Positions 23,632 through 36,469 of a DNA stretch of 64,000 nucleotides are shown here, piece after piece. The translations under genes were made by a program, and so were the position numbers. Location: positions 992,001 to 1,056,000 of the forward strand of contig ML978129.1 of assembly GCA_010015805.1 (NCBI GenBank), written 5' to 3'. The notes under the pieces are model-generated. The model searched no databases and was not told the origin of the DNA. It saw only the letters and a program-made list of their open reading frames with translations. The DNA comes from Rhizodiscina lignyota (Eukaryota). Within the stretch, counting starts at the first letter, position 1. Each line of letters begins with the position of its first letter.

Positions 23632-24247
23632 TTACCAGTCTTGCCACAATTCACGTTCACCAGGGAAATACAATGGAAAAGCCCCGTAGTCATACCTACC
23701 AGGCCGGTTATGAGGCCGCTTTACAGACCTGATTAGATGTTTTTGACCCAGTGGCAGCACTTTGTTCCCACCTCCTTGGCTTGATTCCATTATCTCGAGC
23801 AATCTATCATACGCTCTCTTCTCCACATCGACTAGTAAAGCCTCCAAAGCTCCATTGCGAGTGCGATGAAATTCATCGGTGTGCAAGAGCACTTCAGCTT
23901 CGCGGTAGTAAAGCACTGCAGCGTGACGAAGCGGTCGGTTTCCCAAGTTAGCGGGTCTTTTACTGGATTCGCCAATTCGTTTGGGGTTCTCGGGGTTTTC
24001 AACCATGGTTACTACGCAGAAATCCTCTTGAATTCCCCAGACGAACTTCGCATTATCTGATGATGTCAGCGAGTTAGAGGCAGGAATCTTCAATTTACGC
24101 ACGCTCAATCAGCTTCTGCACCGCATCGTGGGTCTGGAATTCAGAGCTTCTGTTGTCTCCGTCCTCAGTGGTTGGCAATGTTTCTTCTGCCCTTTGCAAC
24201 TGTTCAAGTTGCTCCCTGAGCGTTGGTTCTTTGGATGATGATGCCAT
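23632..24247 (-). CDS. Hypothetical protein (about 190 aa)
   Basis: ATG at 24247 (MASSSKEPTL...). Intron 24057-24102 (GTGCGT..GCTGAC..CAG) joins in frame to the 158-aa ORF. No family recognised. Confidence 0.6.
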
Positions 24248-24661
24248 TCTTGATCAGAATAGGAAATGTTAGTATCCTTGAGCGAAGATCAAGTTTCTGA
24301 GGGCCTTTTAAGTTCATTATGAGAGTTTAACTGCCAACTTAACTTAGGATGTGTGCCCTTGCTTGATGTCACGAAGTTCGCAGAGGCAACCCTGCATCAT
24401 TTTTAGCAAATAAAAGTATGAGATACGATAACCAAAAACAAGAAGATTAGAAGATTGTATGGCCAGGCCGTCTGCAATACGGTATATGAATCGGGCTGAT
24501 AGGCACTGTAACTTTCATGTTTGACCTAAGCAAACGTCCAATCGGAGCCCGAATATAAATGCTTGCTACAATCCAGACCCAAGAGGTACAGCAACGCGAA
24601 GGAACCGGACGACACTAGGCTCCTCCTTCAGAGTAAGTATTTCATGATCTTTACCTGTACC

Positions 24662-25117
24662 TCAGGCGGAACTATTTTCCCGCCCAGCTCTTGTCGCCAT
24701 GCCTCTCAACTCCGTCTGAAGTGCTTCACACTTCGCCGCCAGCTCTTCAATCTCCTCCATCTGGTCATTCACGGTCCTGTCGATATCGGGCATCGCCTTC
24801 ACTCTCTGCCTAGCCTTCTGGAGCCTGATCTTGAGTTTCGATGCCTCAGTCGCCAATTGTTTGATTTCGAGCGGGACCAGCTCGTTGTACGTGATCACAT
24901 TCGGATCGTTTGAGGTGATTTTTGCGGGTTTCGGCGTCTGTGGAGGTTTTGATGGTGTGCCTAGCGGTTCTGGAAGCGCAGAGGAGTCCGTGAGGAGGCG
25001 TGAGAGGAGCTCGTGGAGTGGAGGAAGAATGTCGAACGTCGAAGGCGGAGGAAGTGGAGGTGGTGAGGAGGGTGTAGATGTTGGAAGATCCGGAGTGTTT
25101 AATCGTGGGGTCGTCAT
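24662..25117 (-). CDS. MED9: Mediator of RNA polymerase II subunit 9
   Basis: PPPSTFDILPPLHELLSRL and KIRLQKAR...MPDIDRTVNDQMEEIEEL are typical of fungal Med9; ATG at 25117. Confidence 0.82.
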   Translation of the reverse strand: MTTPRLNTPDLPTSTPSSPPPLPPPSTFDILPPLHELLSRLLTDSSALPEPLGTPSKPPQTPKPAKITSNDPNVITYNELVPLEIKQLATEASKLKIRLQKARQRVKAMPDIDRTVNDQMEEIEELAAKCEALQTELRGMATRAGRENSSA

Positions 25118-25626
25118 CTTAACTGAAGTTGAATGGCTCTGAGAGATGTCTATGTACGTAGTAGGGGCGTTGTTTAAGCTCCTCTGCGGTATCAGGGAGC
25201 TCCCGAAGCAACTTTCAGAGCTCCCGACACAAGCCAAGTAGAAGATCTAGGTTCTCTCATGGACAAGTGACTCTTTGTGATGGAGTCATAGACACAAGGA
25301 GACGCGATTGCAGGGGTGGTCCTTTGCGGGAGTCGCGTCAATCTCTTGACTTGTCAAATTGAAGTAGATTCTATGGGCGGTTCGGGCCCGTTGCGCTGTG
25401 GGGTGTTGCGGTGACGTTGTTGGTCAAAAAGAAATCAAAGCTTCCGAGAATTTTCCCCCACCAACAACACCATATCACGCCTGGAGTCCGACCTCCGCCG
25501 ACAAAAACCAGACTTTGCCTTGGGAAGCTTCCAATCTTGCAGGAGTAGCTTTAGGAGATACTAATCTTGCAATTTCCAAAGCCTTTCATTCAATTCTTGT
25601 CGTTTGAGCATTCAATTGTCTCAAAA

Positions 25627-27458
25627 ATGGTTAACGTTGAGCAAAAGGCGGTATTGAGTATGCAAATTCGGGAAATTCGAATATGACTGGGTAGAATTGC
25701 TAACGTCTTGCCAGTCGTCATTGATGGCTGGGGACTTCCCAGCGAGACTTCTCGTAAGGATGGAGATGCCATTCTCGCCGCCGACACGCCTGTGATGGAC
25801 TCTTTTGCGAAAGACGGCTCGGACACGGCAGAGGGATACACCACGCTTGAGGCTTCCTCCAATGCTGTTGGGCTCCCAAAAGGTCTTATGGGAAATAGCG
25901 AGGTCGGACATCTCAACATTGGTGCGGGACGAGTCGTTTGGCAAGATGTGAGACTCTCAATTGGTGGTGTACTACGCTTGATTGACTTGCGTCTCTTAGG
26001 TTGTACGCATAGACATGACGATCGAGAAGGGCGAGCTCAACAAGATCGATAATCTCATGAGGTCTTTCAAACACGCAAAGGACGGCAATGGAAGACTACA
26101 TCTTCTTGGTCTGGTCTCAGACGGTGGAGTGGTAAGGCTGAGCCTGTTCAATACGCCGATTTGCGGCTAATAAGAATGGCAGCACTCTCACATTAACCAC
26201 CTCATTGCTTTGCTCAAGGTTGCGAAAGAGGTTGGCGTTCCGAAGGTCTTCATCCACTTCTTCGGTGATGGCCGTGATACGGATCCCAAGTCGGGCGCCG
26301 GCCACCTGGAAACTCTGATCAAGGCGACAAAGGATATTGGCTGCGGCGAAATTGCAACTGTTGTCGGACGATACTATGTCATGGACCGCGATAAGCGTTG
26401 GGATCGTGTCGAAATTGGCATGAAGGCCATTGTCCTAGGTGAGGGCGAGACTAGCAATGACCCGGTCGCTACGATCAAGGAGAGGTACGAGAAGAAGGAG
26501 ACAGATGAGTTCCTGAAACCGATCATTGTTGGAGGTGATGAGAGGCGCGTGAAAGGTACGAATGCGCCCCAGAGCATCGTCACATACTAGGTGCTAACTA
26601 CAAAATTAGACGACGATACCCTGTTCTTCTTCAACTACCGCTCCGACCGCGTTCGTGAGATAACCCAACTCCTGGGCGACTTCGACCGCTCTCCCAATCC
26701 CGACTTCCCCTATCCGAAGAACATCGACCTTACCACCATGACCCAATACAATACCAGATATACTTTCCCTGTCGCCTTCCCACCCCAACACATGGGGAAC
26801 GTCATGGCAGAGTGGTTGGCCAAACAAGGTCTTAAACAGTGCCACGTTGCCGAGACGGAGAAGTACGCACACGTTACCTTCTTCTTCAATGGTGGAGTAG
26901 AGAAGCAATTTGACAACGAGGATCGCGACATGATCTCGAGCCCGAAAGTCGCGACATACGATCTAGAGCCAAAAATGAGCGCTATGGGCGTGGCGGAGAA
27001 GCTGTGTGAAAGGATCCATGAAGGGAAGTACGAATTCCTAATGAACAACTTTGCGCCGCCAGATATGGTTGGTCACACTGGCGTTTACAAGGCTGCAATC
27101 GAGGGTGTCGCAGAGACAGACAAGGCCATTGGAGAGGTATTCGAGCAGTGCAAGAAGGACGGCTACATTCTCTTTGTCACTGCCGACCATGGGTGAGTGA
27201 TCTTGCTACTCGCTGCAAATGCCTCAATTTTGCTGACGACCGTCTAGCAATGCCGAGGAAATGCTAAATGAGGAGGGCCAGCCAAAGACATCGCACACGA
27301 CGAACAAAGTACCCTTCGTCATGGCCAACGCACCTAAGGGTTGGAGTCTGAAGAAGACCGATGGTGTCTTGGGTGACGTCGCGCCCACGATCCTTGATTG
27401 CATGGGCCTATCCAAACCCGGCGAGATGGACGGTTCTAGCCTGTTGATCAAGAGCTAG
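25627..27458 (+). CDS. gpmI: 2,3-bisphosphoglycerate-independent phosphoglycerate mutase
   Basis: Six exons; VIDGWG, GLMGNSEVGHLNIGAGR, SDGGVHSH, DGRDT, AETEKYAHVTFFFNGG, PDMVGHTG, TADHGNAE. Confidence 0.96.
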
Positions 27459-27633
27459 ACAAATGTATGCCTTGGTGTCGAGACGAAATTATGAAGCGTG
27501 ATGTCTCTAGACGGATGGAGTGGTGTATATACAGGAGTTGGGGGCAATATAGCGTACTATGGCAGATAAACACTCAAAATGCTTTCAGGTCAATGCGAAG
27601 GTCATCACAATCTTTTACCTTCTTCCGCTACCA

Positions 27634-28196
27634 TCACACGTATCGTTGAAACTTTGTTATGAGTATGGTAATCCGTCCTTCGCTAGCCTCTTCTTGGGGA
27701 GTCAAGAGTCGCGTCGACTACTATGTCTTTTCTTCCACGCTCATCACACCGATTGCGAAGACACGTCATTCCCTGTGGACCCTCTTCAACCTTTCCGATG
27801 CAAGCCACTAAAGTCCTAATATAATAGCGATAATTCTCAGTTGCTCTGTTCCTAATAATACATTAGAATGTTATTAAGTTGATCCTCAGCTTCTTCTTCT
27901 GCCTGCACACGAATGGCTAAAGACCAATCAAGCCTTTCGATACTCCTAGATTGCTCTCTTCGCAGACGGCTTTGAAATAGCTCCGATGCTGGCTACTCCC
28001 CTTCCACTGTCTTCACACTATCTTCGAGGTATGTCCCTAATTCCGCTAGTCTTCTTCTATAATCTCTACTCTGGCGTTGAAAGTACAGTAGCGTCCTCAG
28101 TGGTCGTTCATCTGCAATTTTCACCAGTTTATCTACAGATCTCTGGTAATAATCACAGACAATCCAAGTTGTTCTTCGCGCGTTTCGCCGTCCCAT
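27634..28196 (-). pseudogene. Possible decayed gene with helical/coiled-coil character
   Basis: The 67-aa ORF continues past TAG 27993-27995 and, across a 46-nt GT..AG intron (27816-27861), stays open to TGA at 27634. Confidence 0.3.
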
Positions 28197-28776
28197 ATCC
28201 GATCAGATTTAGGAGCTTCACCATACTTCTGACCTTTGTGTTGCAAGTTGATGGCGTTCATCGGGAATGCCTCTTGTAACCCCCTGGATAGTCAACGGCA
28301 CTCCTACCGGTCCGGTGAGGCATCCTGGGCACCGAAGTTCTGGGCACCTGTTACCCAAGACCCCTGAGACTCGGGTGCGCATAGCACCCATGTTGTACTT
28401 ATTTTGGTCCGCGGACCCTGGCCCAACTCGCCACTAATCGACCGAACCTCGAGCTCATGTCGAGCTGAAACCCCACATGTGCGCCTTACTTCACCTACTA
28501 TGGATAATCTCAGGCTTAACGTGACCCCATAACCTTTTGCTTACTTCAGAATACGCGATTTGAAACATCAGTCGGCAATTGTTAGTCGACTACCTTAACT
28601 GCGATCAGTAAAAGCAGACTTCAGAAGTCCACGGCGAGCATACTTCATCGCCGAAACGCGCCGCGGGCGCCAAATCCTTTGCGCCTGTTGACCGCCTTGT
28701 TGCAAATCCGAACGTCACTCAACCTCCTCCAACTTCACGATAAGCAATCGCCGTTCGCAGCCGGCGCTCTCACACC

Positions 28777-30096
28777 ATGAGCGCCATGGCCGTCGATCAG
28801 AACGGCACCAGCAACTCGCGACCGCCCTCACAACAGGCGCAAATTCAACCGTGCCGATATAAGACTGGCAAGACGCTGGGCGCGGGCAGCTATTCGGTCG
28901 TAAAAGAGTGTGTACACATCGACACGGGGAGATACTATGCGGCGAAAGTGATCAACAAGAGGCTTATGGCTGGGAGGGAGCACATGGTGCGAAATGAGAT
29001 CGCGGTGTTGAAGAAGGTCAGCATGGGGCATCAGAACATCTTGACGCTGGTGGATTATTTCGAGACGATGAACAATCGTAAGATATACTAGGCAGCTCAG
29101 GAGAGATTGGTATAATTCTAACAGGGCGCTGTAGTTTATCTCGTGACAGACCTGGCTCTTGGCGGCGAGCTCTTTGACCGAATATGTAGGAAAGGCAGCT
29201 ACTACGAGAGCGATGCGGCGGACCTGATTCGAGCGACGTTATCTGCCGTTGCGTATTTGCACGACAACGGCATCGTTCACCGAGATCTGAAGCCGGAGAA
29301 CCTACTATTTCGAACGCCAGAGGACAATTCAGATTTGCTGATCGCAGACTTTGGGCTGTCAAGGATCATGGACGAGGAGCAATTTCACGTCCTTACAACG
29401 ACGTGCGGTACTCCAGGATACATGGCGCCAGAAATCTTCAAGAAATCAGGACATGGGAAGCCAGTGTACGTCCAAGTGTGAACGGGAAGCAGAACTATGA
29501 CTGATATATTAGACAGTGATATCTGGGCAATCGGCGTCATCACCTATTTTCTCCTATGCGGTTACACTCCCTTCGATCGCGATTCGAACCTCGAAGAAAT
29601 GCAAGCCATCCTGGTCGCTGACTACTCCTTCACTCCTATCGAATACTGGCGCAATGTCTCCACAACGGCGCGAGAGTTCATCAAGCGCTGTCTGACTATC
29701 GATGGCAACGCAAGGATGACCGCGCACGAAGCGCTACAGCATCCATGGATAGCGGACACCCAGGATGAGCAGATGGGCGAAGATTTGCTGCCTACTGTCA
29801 AGAAGAACTTCAACGCGAGAAGAACGCTGCATGCGGCCATTGATACGATTCGAGCCATCAATCAATTGAGGGCAGGCCAAGGAGCAGCGATGATGGATGG
29901 AGCAATGAGCAAGAACCCGGAGAGACATAATGGTCAAGGTCAAGGCCAGGGTGGTGGTGGCGGTGGTGGAATGGAAGGAGTTACGAATATGGTTATGGAT
30001 AGCAGGGGACACGGGAGAGGACAGACCGAGGAGATGATTAAGGAGCAGGAGAGGAAGATACGGGATACGACAAATGGTATGTGGAGTGCCCGGTAA
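28777..30096 (+). CDS. cmkB: Calcium/calmodulin-dependent protein kinase (CmkB type)
   Basis: QPCRYKTGKTLGAGSYSVVKE, HRDLKPEN, DFG, TTCGTPGYMAPE, calmodulin-binding FNARRTLHAAIDTIRAIN; two introns. Confidence 0.92.
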
Positions 30097-30953
30097 TTAT
30101 GATACTGGCGTTTCTTGAAAAGGCCATGTTCTTTGGTTGTTCTTAATGGCCTGGTATACCACGCTTCACGAGTTGTGTTATTGTTGGACTATCAAGTTAA
30201 ATTGCAGCTACAAGCTTGTAGCTGAAAACTGAGTATCAAAGCTTGGTGAACGAACCTGGAAGCTTATGCAAAGTGCTAAGTTTGTGAAAGGCGATTGAAT
30301 TACTAGCCTAATAACGGTCTAGTGGTAAGATAATAAAAACGGCGCGTTCTACCATTTGCGCTCTAGAATATTGAAATCATCCTGGTGTAGTGATTGGGAA
30401 GGACGAAGAGAATGGGGAGCATTGAGCTAGATGACACAGTTCGGAGGCATTGACGCTTCTTGGCTTGAAGAACTCTGTAGGTACGATATCTTCCGAACAC
30501 CATTAGACACCATTCGACTTGCACTCTACTCTCAGGAGCTACTCACATCTTTGAACAGACTTCCATTGATCGACAACAGGGAGTCATCTACTCGTGCATT
30601 CAACTTCTGGAGAAAGGAAACAAGCCAAACGCTAGAATCGGAAGGAGTATGTCCGGAGCACACCTGCCTGATCTGCGAGCTACACCTTGCTCGATAATGC
30701 AATATGCGGTTGCAAGTACGGTATGCGGGGATCCTTGCACTGGAGCTCGCCCTAGGCATCTTGCATCCTATCGACAACGAAACGCCAATATGTACTTATC
30801 AGCGTTGATCTCCTTTCTGAGTTGGCCTCTTCCCTGGCCGTGTTTCAGGACAGCGGTGCAAGCTGCGCAAGGTGAGATTTTGCGTCGCGGATTCAAGCAG
30901 TGTTTATTCCATTCCACTTCATCTCTATGAAATTCTCGTAAAGACAATCTACA

Positions 30954-32629
30954 ATGGCTCTCGAGAAAGAAGTTTCAACTGTCAGTCCTGTTAGTGAACA
31001 TGGTCTGGAACAAGGGGAGCCATCAGCGCTCACGGCCAAAGAATGGGGCGAGTTGGACGACGTTGCAAAGGAAGGCTTCACTCAAAATGACCAGCGAGAT
31101 ATGCAACGCATGGGAAAGAGCCAGCAGTTTCGTCGGAACTTCAAGCTGATCACGACCATCGGGTTCACCACTTGTGTGATGGGAACATGGGAGATCCTGC
31201 TGACCGCTAATACACAAGGGCTGGTTGCCGGAGGCCTATCTGGTCTCTTCTGGTCGCTCTGCTGGGCGTATATTGGGCAATTCTTCATCGTCTTGTCGCT
31301 CGCGGAAATGGCCGCGATGGCACCCACTGCTGGCGGCCAATACCACTGGGTCAGCGAGTTTGCGCCGCGATCCTCCCAACGCTTCCTCAGCTACTGCTCT
31401 GGCTGGCTCTCAGCCATCTCATGGCAGTCGATTATCGCCTTAGACTCGTACCTCGTTGGCGTCATAATCCAGAGTCTGATCGTCATCAACAACGACTCGT
31501 ATGTGCCGAAACGCTGGCAGGCGACTCTGCTAATATGGGCTTCGGTTATTGGTATGGGCATGTTCAACGTCGTCGCGGCGAAACGACTTCATCTCATAGA
31601 GGGTTTCTTCGCCATCCTTCATGTGCTGGCATTTTTCCCAATTATCATTGTGCTGCTGGTCATGACAACACCGAAACAAACAGGGTCCGAAGTATTCACT
31701 TCGTTCACAGATAACGGAGCTGGATGGCCAAATACAGGGTTGGCGACTCTGGTTGGCCAGGTGAGCTGCTTATTTGTAGTACTTGGGTAAGTCTCTATGA
31801 TATATCATTGCTAGCGGAGCGCCACGCATACTGATTTACTTTTGCTAGCTCCGACAGTGTAGCTCATATGGCTGAAGAGGTGTCTGAAGCAAGCATCACC
31901 GTGCCTCGAGCAATGATCTGGTCGTATCTCTTGAACGTTCCGTTCACCTTTGGACTCCTCCTCACGTACCTCTTTTGCATTGGAAATGTTTCGGATGCGG
32001 TCTCGTCGCCAACGGGGTTCCCCTTCATCTACGTGTTCCAGAATGCCACCAACTCGGTTTCGTCGACCACAGGCATGACCGTCGTCATCTTGATACTGCT
32101 CGTCATCATCACGATCTCGGCCATGGCAAGCACGGCAAGACAGAGCTTTGCCTTCGCTCGAGACCACGGCCTGCCGTTTTCGACTTGGCTAAGCAAAGTC
32201 GACACGAGGTTTCACATCCCCGTCAATTCGGTCATCTTCACGTGCTTGTTCACGATGGTGATTTCACTCATCAACATCGGCTCAACTGTCGCCTTCAACG
32301 CGATGCTCTCGTTATCCACGGTAGCGTTGATGGCAACGTACCTCGTCTCCATCGGATGTGTCACCCTCAAACGCATTCGAGGTGAGGCATTGCCGCAGTC
32401 TAGATGGACTTTAGGCCGGGCCGGAATGCCCGTTAATGTAATAGCGTTGGTGTACGCTGTCTGGGCTTTCTTCTGGTCTTTCTGGCCGAATGCGCACGAT
32501 ATCAATGCAACCAATTTCAATTGGGCGTGTGTGCTCTTCGTGGGGCTGATGCTTATCAGCGCAGTTTTGTATGTCACGTACGCAAGGGGGAAGTACGAAG
32601 GGCCGGTTGTGAAATGTCGGTTTGATTAG
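30954..32629 (+). CDS. APC-superfamily amino acid/GABA/choline permease
   Basis: About 12 hydrophobic segments; SLAEMAAMAPTAGGQYHWVSEFAP, HMAEEV, FAFARDHGLPFS; intron 31787-31848. Confidence 0.92.
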
Positions 32630-35600
32630 ATGAATTATGTATATAGACAATCAAAGGGCGGCATCCATTAGTATTGTCAATAGACGATTGAAAGCGATTT
32701 AAAAGCCCTTGCTGCATCTTCGTTAAATACTTGTTTCGCACTCCAAAATTGTTTGCTTCTCTGCGCGACCTTCTCTTCCGAAACAACTTATGTTTCCTGG
32801 TGTCGCACGCGCAGCTTTCGCTGTGGTGTTGCAGTCGAGCAATAGGCGGTGGTCTTGCGCATCCACGAACGAGAGGTCGCTGGAGCTGCTCCGTCTGGTC
32901 ATGGTCGATTTAATAGTATCCATGTTTGACCTAATGCTAGGAGATCGGTGCGATCAACTAATGCCATATAGCGAGGTGATTGTGCCTGACATCCTTAGTG
33001 GCTTGGACATGAGCAATGAATGGTAGAAAGTGGATTAAGGTTCGAGACAGCAACACACAATTAGTGCTGAATTCTGCATTTACGCGCAACTGAACCTTCA
33101 CCCATGCCACCAGAGCGCGGTAGGAGTGTTACTGTGCGGTTGCACGCAGCTGCAACGACGCGTTCGAGATGTTCGGGATCACCCTTGGCCTCTGCACGAC
33201 AAGGTCACGCAATCCACCTCGACAGCGCCAAGGTGAAATCGTGCGCGCGCGACCGACCGACCGTAGAAACTGTAGACGATCAACCCATAGTCGTACACTA
33301 TGCAAATCAATTAATTTGTATGTGCAGCGTGATAGTTATCATATCAAGGTAACCGAGCGGTGTTCTGCCCTCACTCTTGAGCGCCTCGGGCCCGCAATTT
33401 CACAAGGAGCCGAAGCAACATGTGTAATTTCCCAGTCCAAAAGAAGAATAAGGATAAATAAAGTCAATGCTGGGAATTGTGTTCAGAATATGACTGAATT
33501 ACAGATATCTCGACGTGTCCGTGCTGAGAATCCATCCAAGGGGTTGAGAGACGAAGAGCAGCAAAGCGCGGATAGGGATCAGATCCGATATCACCTCAAG
33601 TTCGGTCTATGACCCGAAAAGATTGTTCCTCTGAATTGCTGCTTAACAAAACGTCAACGGCTCTTCGTAACTCTTCTAGAATCGCCGAATGCTAGCCGAC
33701 AGCTTAGTTGAACTATTGTCGCTTGACTCTTGAACTGGGTCAAGGTCAATTGGTAGGGCGACGGAGTCCGGTTCGAGTATCCGCATTCGGCGACTGCTCC
33801 TGAATCTAGATATGCAGCTGCTCCTGAGTCTTGAGATAGACCGTAGGGCAGAAGAAGGAGAAGAATGATCGGTGTCTCTAATTGCCCATCTATCGAAAGG
33901 GCGCGAAACTCTTGTATTTGAGCTGTTCTGCGCTCGGAAAATTCACAGGTCATTGGCTGGTTGGGCGAGATTACAACCCGCAGAAGAGCTGAAGAAAGAA
34001 ATGCCCTGACAGGGATCACCAGCGCGTCATCGGGCGCACCCGTCTTGGTTTAGAGCCAGACGGATTGGAGCCGTGCTCGCCCCGAGGTCAAATCTGCCGC
34101 TCTGGGATCGCGTTGCTTCTTTCTGGGGCATCGGCTGGGTTTCACGTGGCGGACCGACGACAGGCTGGCGCGGTGGCGTCGCCGTGACAGACTGTGGTTG
34201 CCAGCCTGCATCCGTCGCATCCCATCACCATGCTGAAAGAAGGCTGGGAGCCCAGGCATGGTCATTCCTTGGTGCCCACGCCCCAGATGTATTCTGGAAA
34301 CGAGAGCGCGTTGTTTCCCGGGCTTTATTCAGCAGCATGCAGCAGCGCGTGTTCCGACTGTGACGACAAGCGCAAACCTTGCCATCTGCCGGCTGCCAGA
34401 TGCGCCAAGGCAGGTGGCATCTGGACTGACAGTTGAAGCTCATGGCGTGTGCTCCTTTCGGCGCGGCGCTTCGTGCAAACGATGGTGTCGCCGGGATGGT
34501 GCCACTGTCTGTGCTTTATTTTGCCGAGATGGGGCGCCGTGTCTGGGCGCAGCAAAAGGCGGCTTTGCTCACTCTGGAAAGTCGTGGGGATCCCCTGGAA
34601 GATGGGCGTTGGAGATGGGGAGGCGGCGGGGCGGCTGATTGAGAGCGCAAGGGTGTCGGTTAGAGAGGCAAGCTGTGTGCCAAGGATGACATCTGCGCAG
34701 CAGGCTTGTCTTAGTGGCTCCTGTGGGCTGCGAAACGTTGTGGGCCTGCAGCAGCACTGACGATGCTGCACTAAGGCGCATGGGCGAAAATGTTTCCTGT
34801 CGTAATGAATCGCGTGAATCAGGCCACGGCCACCTACATACATACGACACGGGGACACCTCCACGCCTCCACTCACCATGCAACTACCGACGTGCCCATG
34901 CATGAGGGGTGCCGCATCGATCGCCCAGTCGAACAGAGCGGAATCTGAGAGAGCACTGGTAGCGAGATGGCAGGACAGAGTAGGGCGGTCTCCCACTGCG
35001 CGTAGATGGGCTGCGAAGCCGACGCGCCTCCGCGACGATTATTCCCGATAGCTGCGCGTTACATATGGCGGTCGGAGGCTGGTTGTGCGGCAGTGGATAA
35101 GCTTATAAGCTCCAGGGCCGGTGCAAACGCTGACGCCCGTCATATTTCACGAAGGGTGGTTCTGCGCTTAGTTCTAATGAGTAGCCACTCCGTGCCTGTC
35201 TGTAGAGGGCTAGCGCGGCCTCGCAGGGAGGGCTGGGCCGTAATCTAAAAGCCGCGCGAAGATCGCATATGCAGATCACTAGGTCGAGAGGCGTGTACCT
35301 ACCGAGCGGAAAGGTGTGACACAAGAGAAGGAGGAGGCTTTCGAAAACAGCTCGAAAGCGAGTGGGAGCGTTATGTACATATATGATGTATCCTCAACAG
35401 ACGAAATGCAGTCGGAATATTCTGCCTCAGCACAACAGAAAGTCGAAGGCAATAAGCGTGCCGGACTTGGTGAGGAGAACTGCTCACCGACGGTACCTAG
35501 GTAGCGCACCAGCAACGCTCTTTGCTGATCTACCCACAATCCAGCGTCAAGAGAGGCTCTGTATGTAAAGGGGCCATGTAGGTGGAAAGGCCAACACAAA

Positions 35601-36469
35601 CGGTGCGCTGGAGAGTTCCGAGGTGATATGAGACGGCCACTGCGATAGAAGGCGGGATGGCGCCATGCTCCATTTCTTACGGCGCTGACTAAGGCCAGCG
35701 CGTGCGCGCGCATCACGTGCGGGCACTGCGGCTCTTGCCGAGGGCGTGTGATAGGCCGGGCGCACAGGATCGGATGATCGAGCCATGCCTCCAGCCTGCA
35801 TTACGTCCCCACCCGCTGACAAGGGGCGGCAAATACGGCGGCGCGTCTCTGGCGCTTTCGCACATGGCCTTACCGTTCAGCAAGCCAGCTTCTCCGCATG
35901 CGGCTAGCGCCAGTCCCAGGGCTTGCAGCAGCGTCCGTCGGTGCGTGCCCACATCCCTTCACCAGTCGCTGCGAGGAGGAAAGACAAGATACTCCGATTA
36001 AGTGAAACTGTGAGGAAGACCTAACCCACGCAAAAGGTCCCATCTGCCAAAGGTCCCATTTTCGCAGGCGATGGCCTGCACTCTCCTCTCTCCTCACTTT
36101 CCTCCGACCACTGCTTACCTCCTGCATCTCCCGCACCCAAGCTCTCATTTCATTCCTCGCAAGTCAAGTCGTTCCTACCGTCGTTTGCCGAACATTTACG
36201 ATCGGACAGACCACCCTTTCACCATTTGCTTCCCTCCACCTCGCCGGCGTCGCAGCGGCGAGGCTGCACTCGCAGAGCCCAAAGCTTCGTACAACGTATG
36301 ACGGCAACAACTCTCGACGAGCCCCCTCGCAGCAATTAACGAATTCTATTCACGAATTCCTTACTCCGAAACCTCGAGAACCTTCACAGAGCTTTGCGCT
36401 CGACAGCCACGCGACCTTCGGTGACATTCGCACACTCGGGCGTTCGCCAGAGGAGCACGCGCTTTCGAG

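Noticed and set aside
32723..32923. 66-aa minus-strand ORF (MDTIKSTMTRRSSSS...)
   Set aside because: Short, with no recognisable domain; cannot be told from chance without expression data.
34050..36148. Many overlapping 60-220 aa ORFs
   Set aside because: Arg/Cys/Trp-rich translations in all six frames are typical of GC-rich non-coding DNA.
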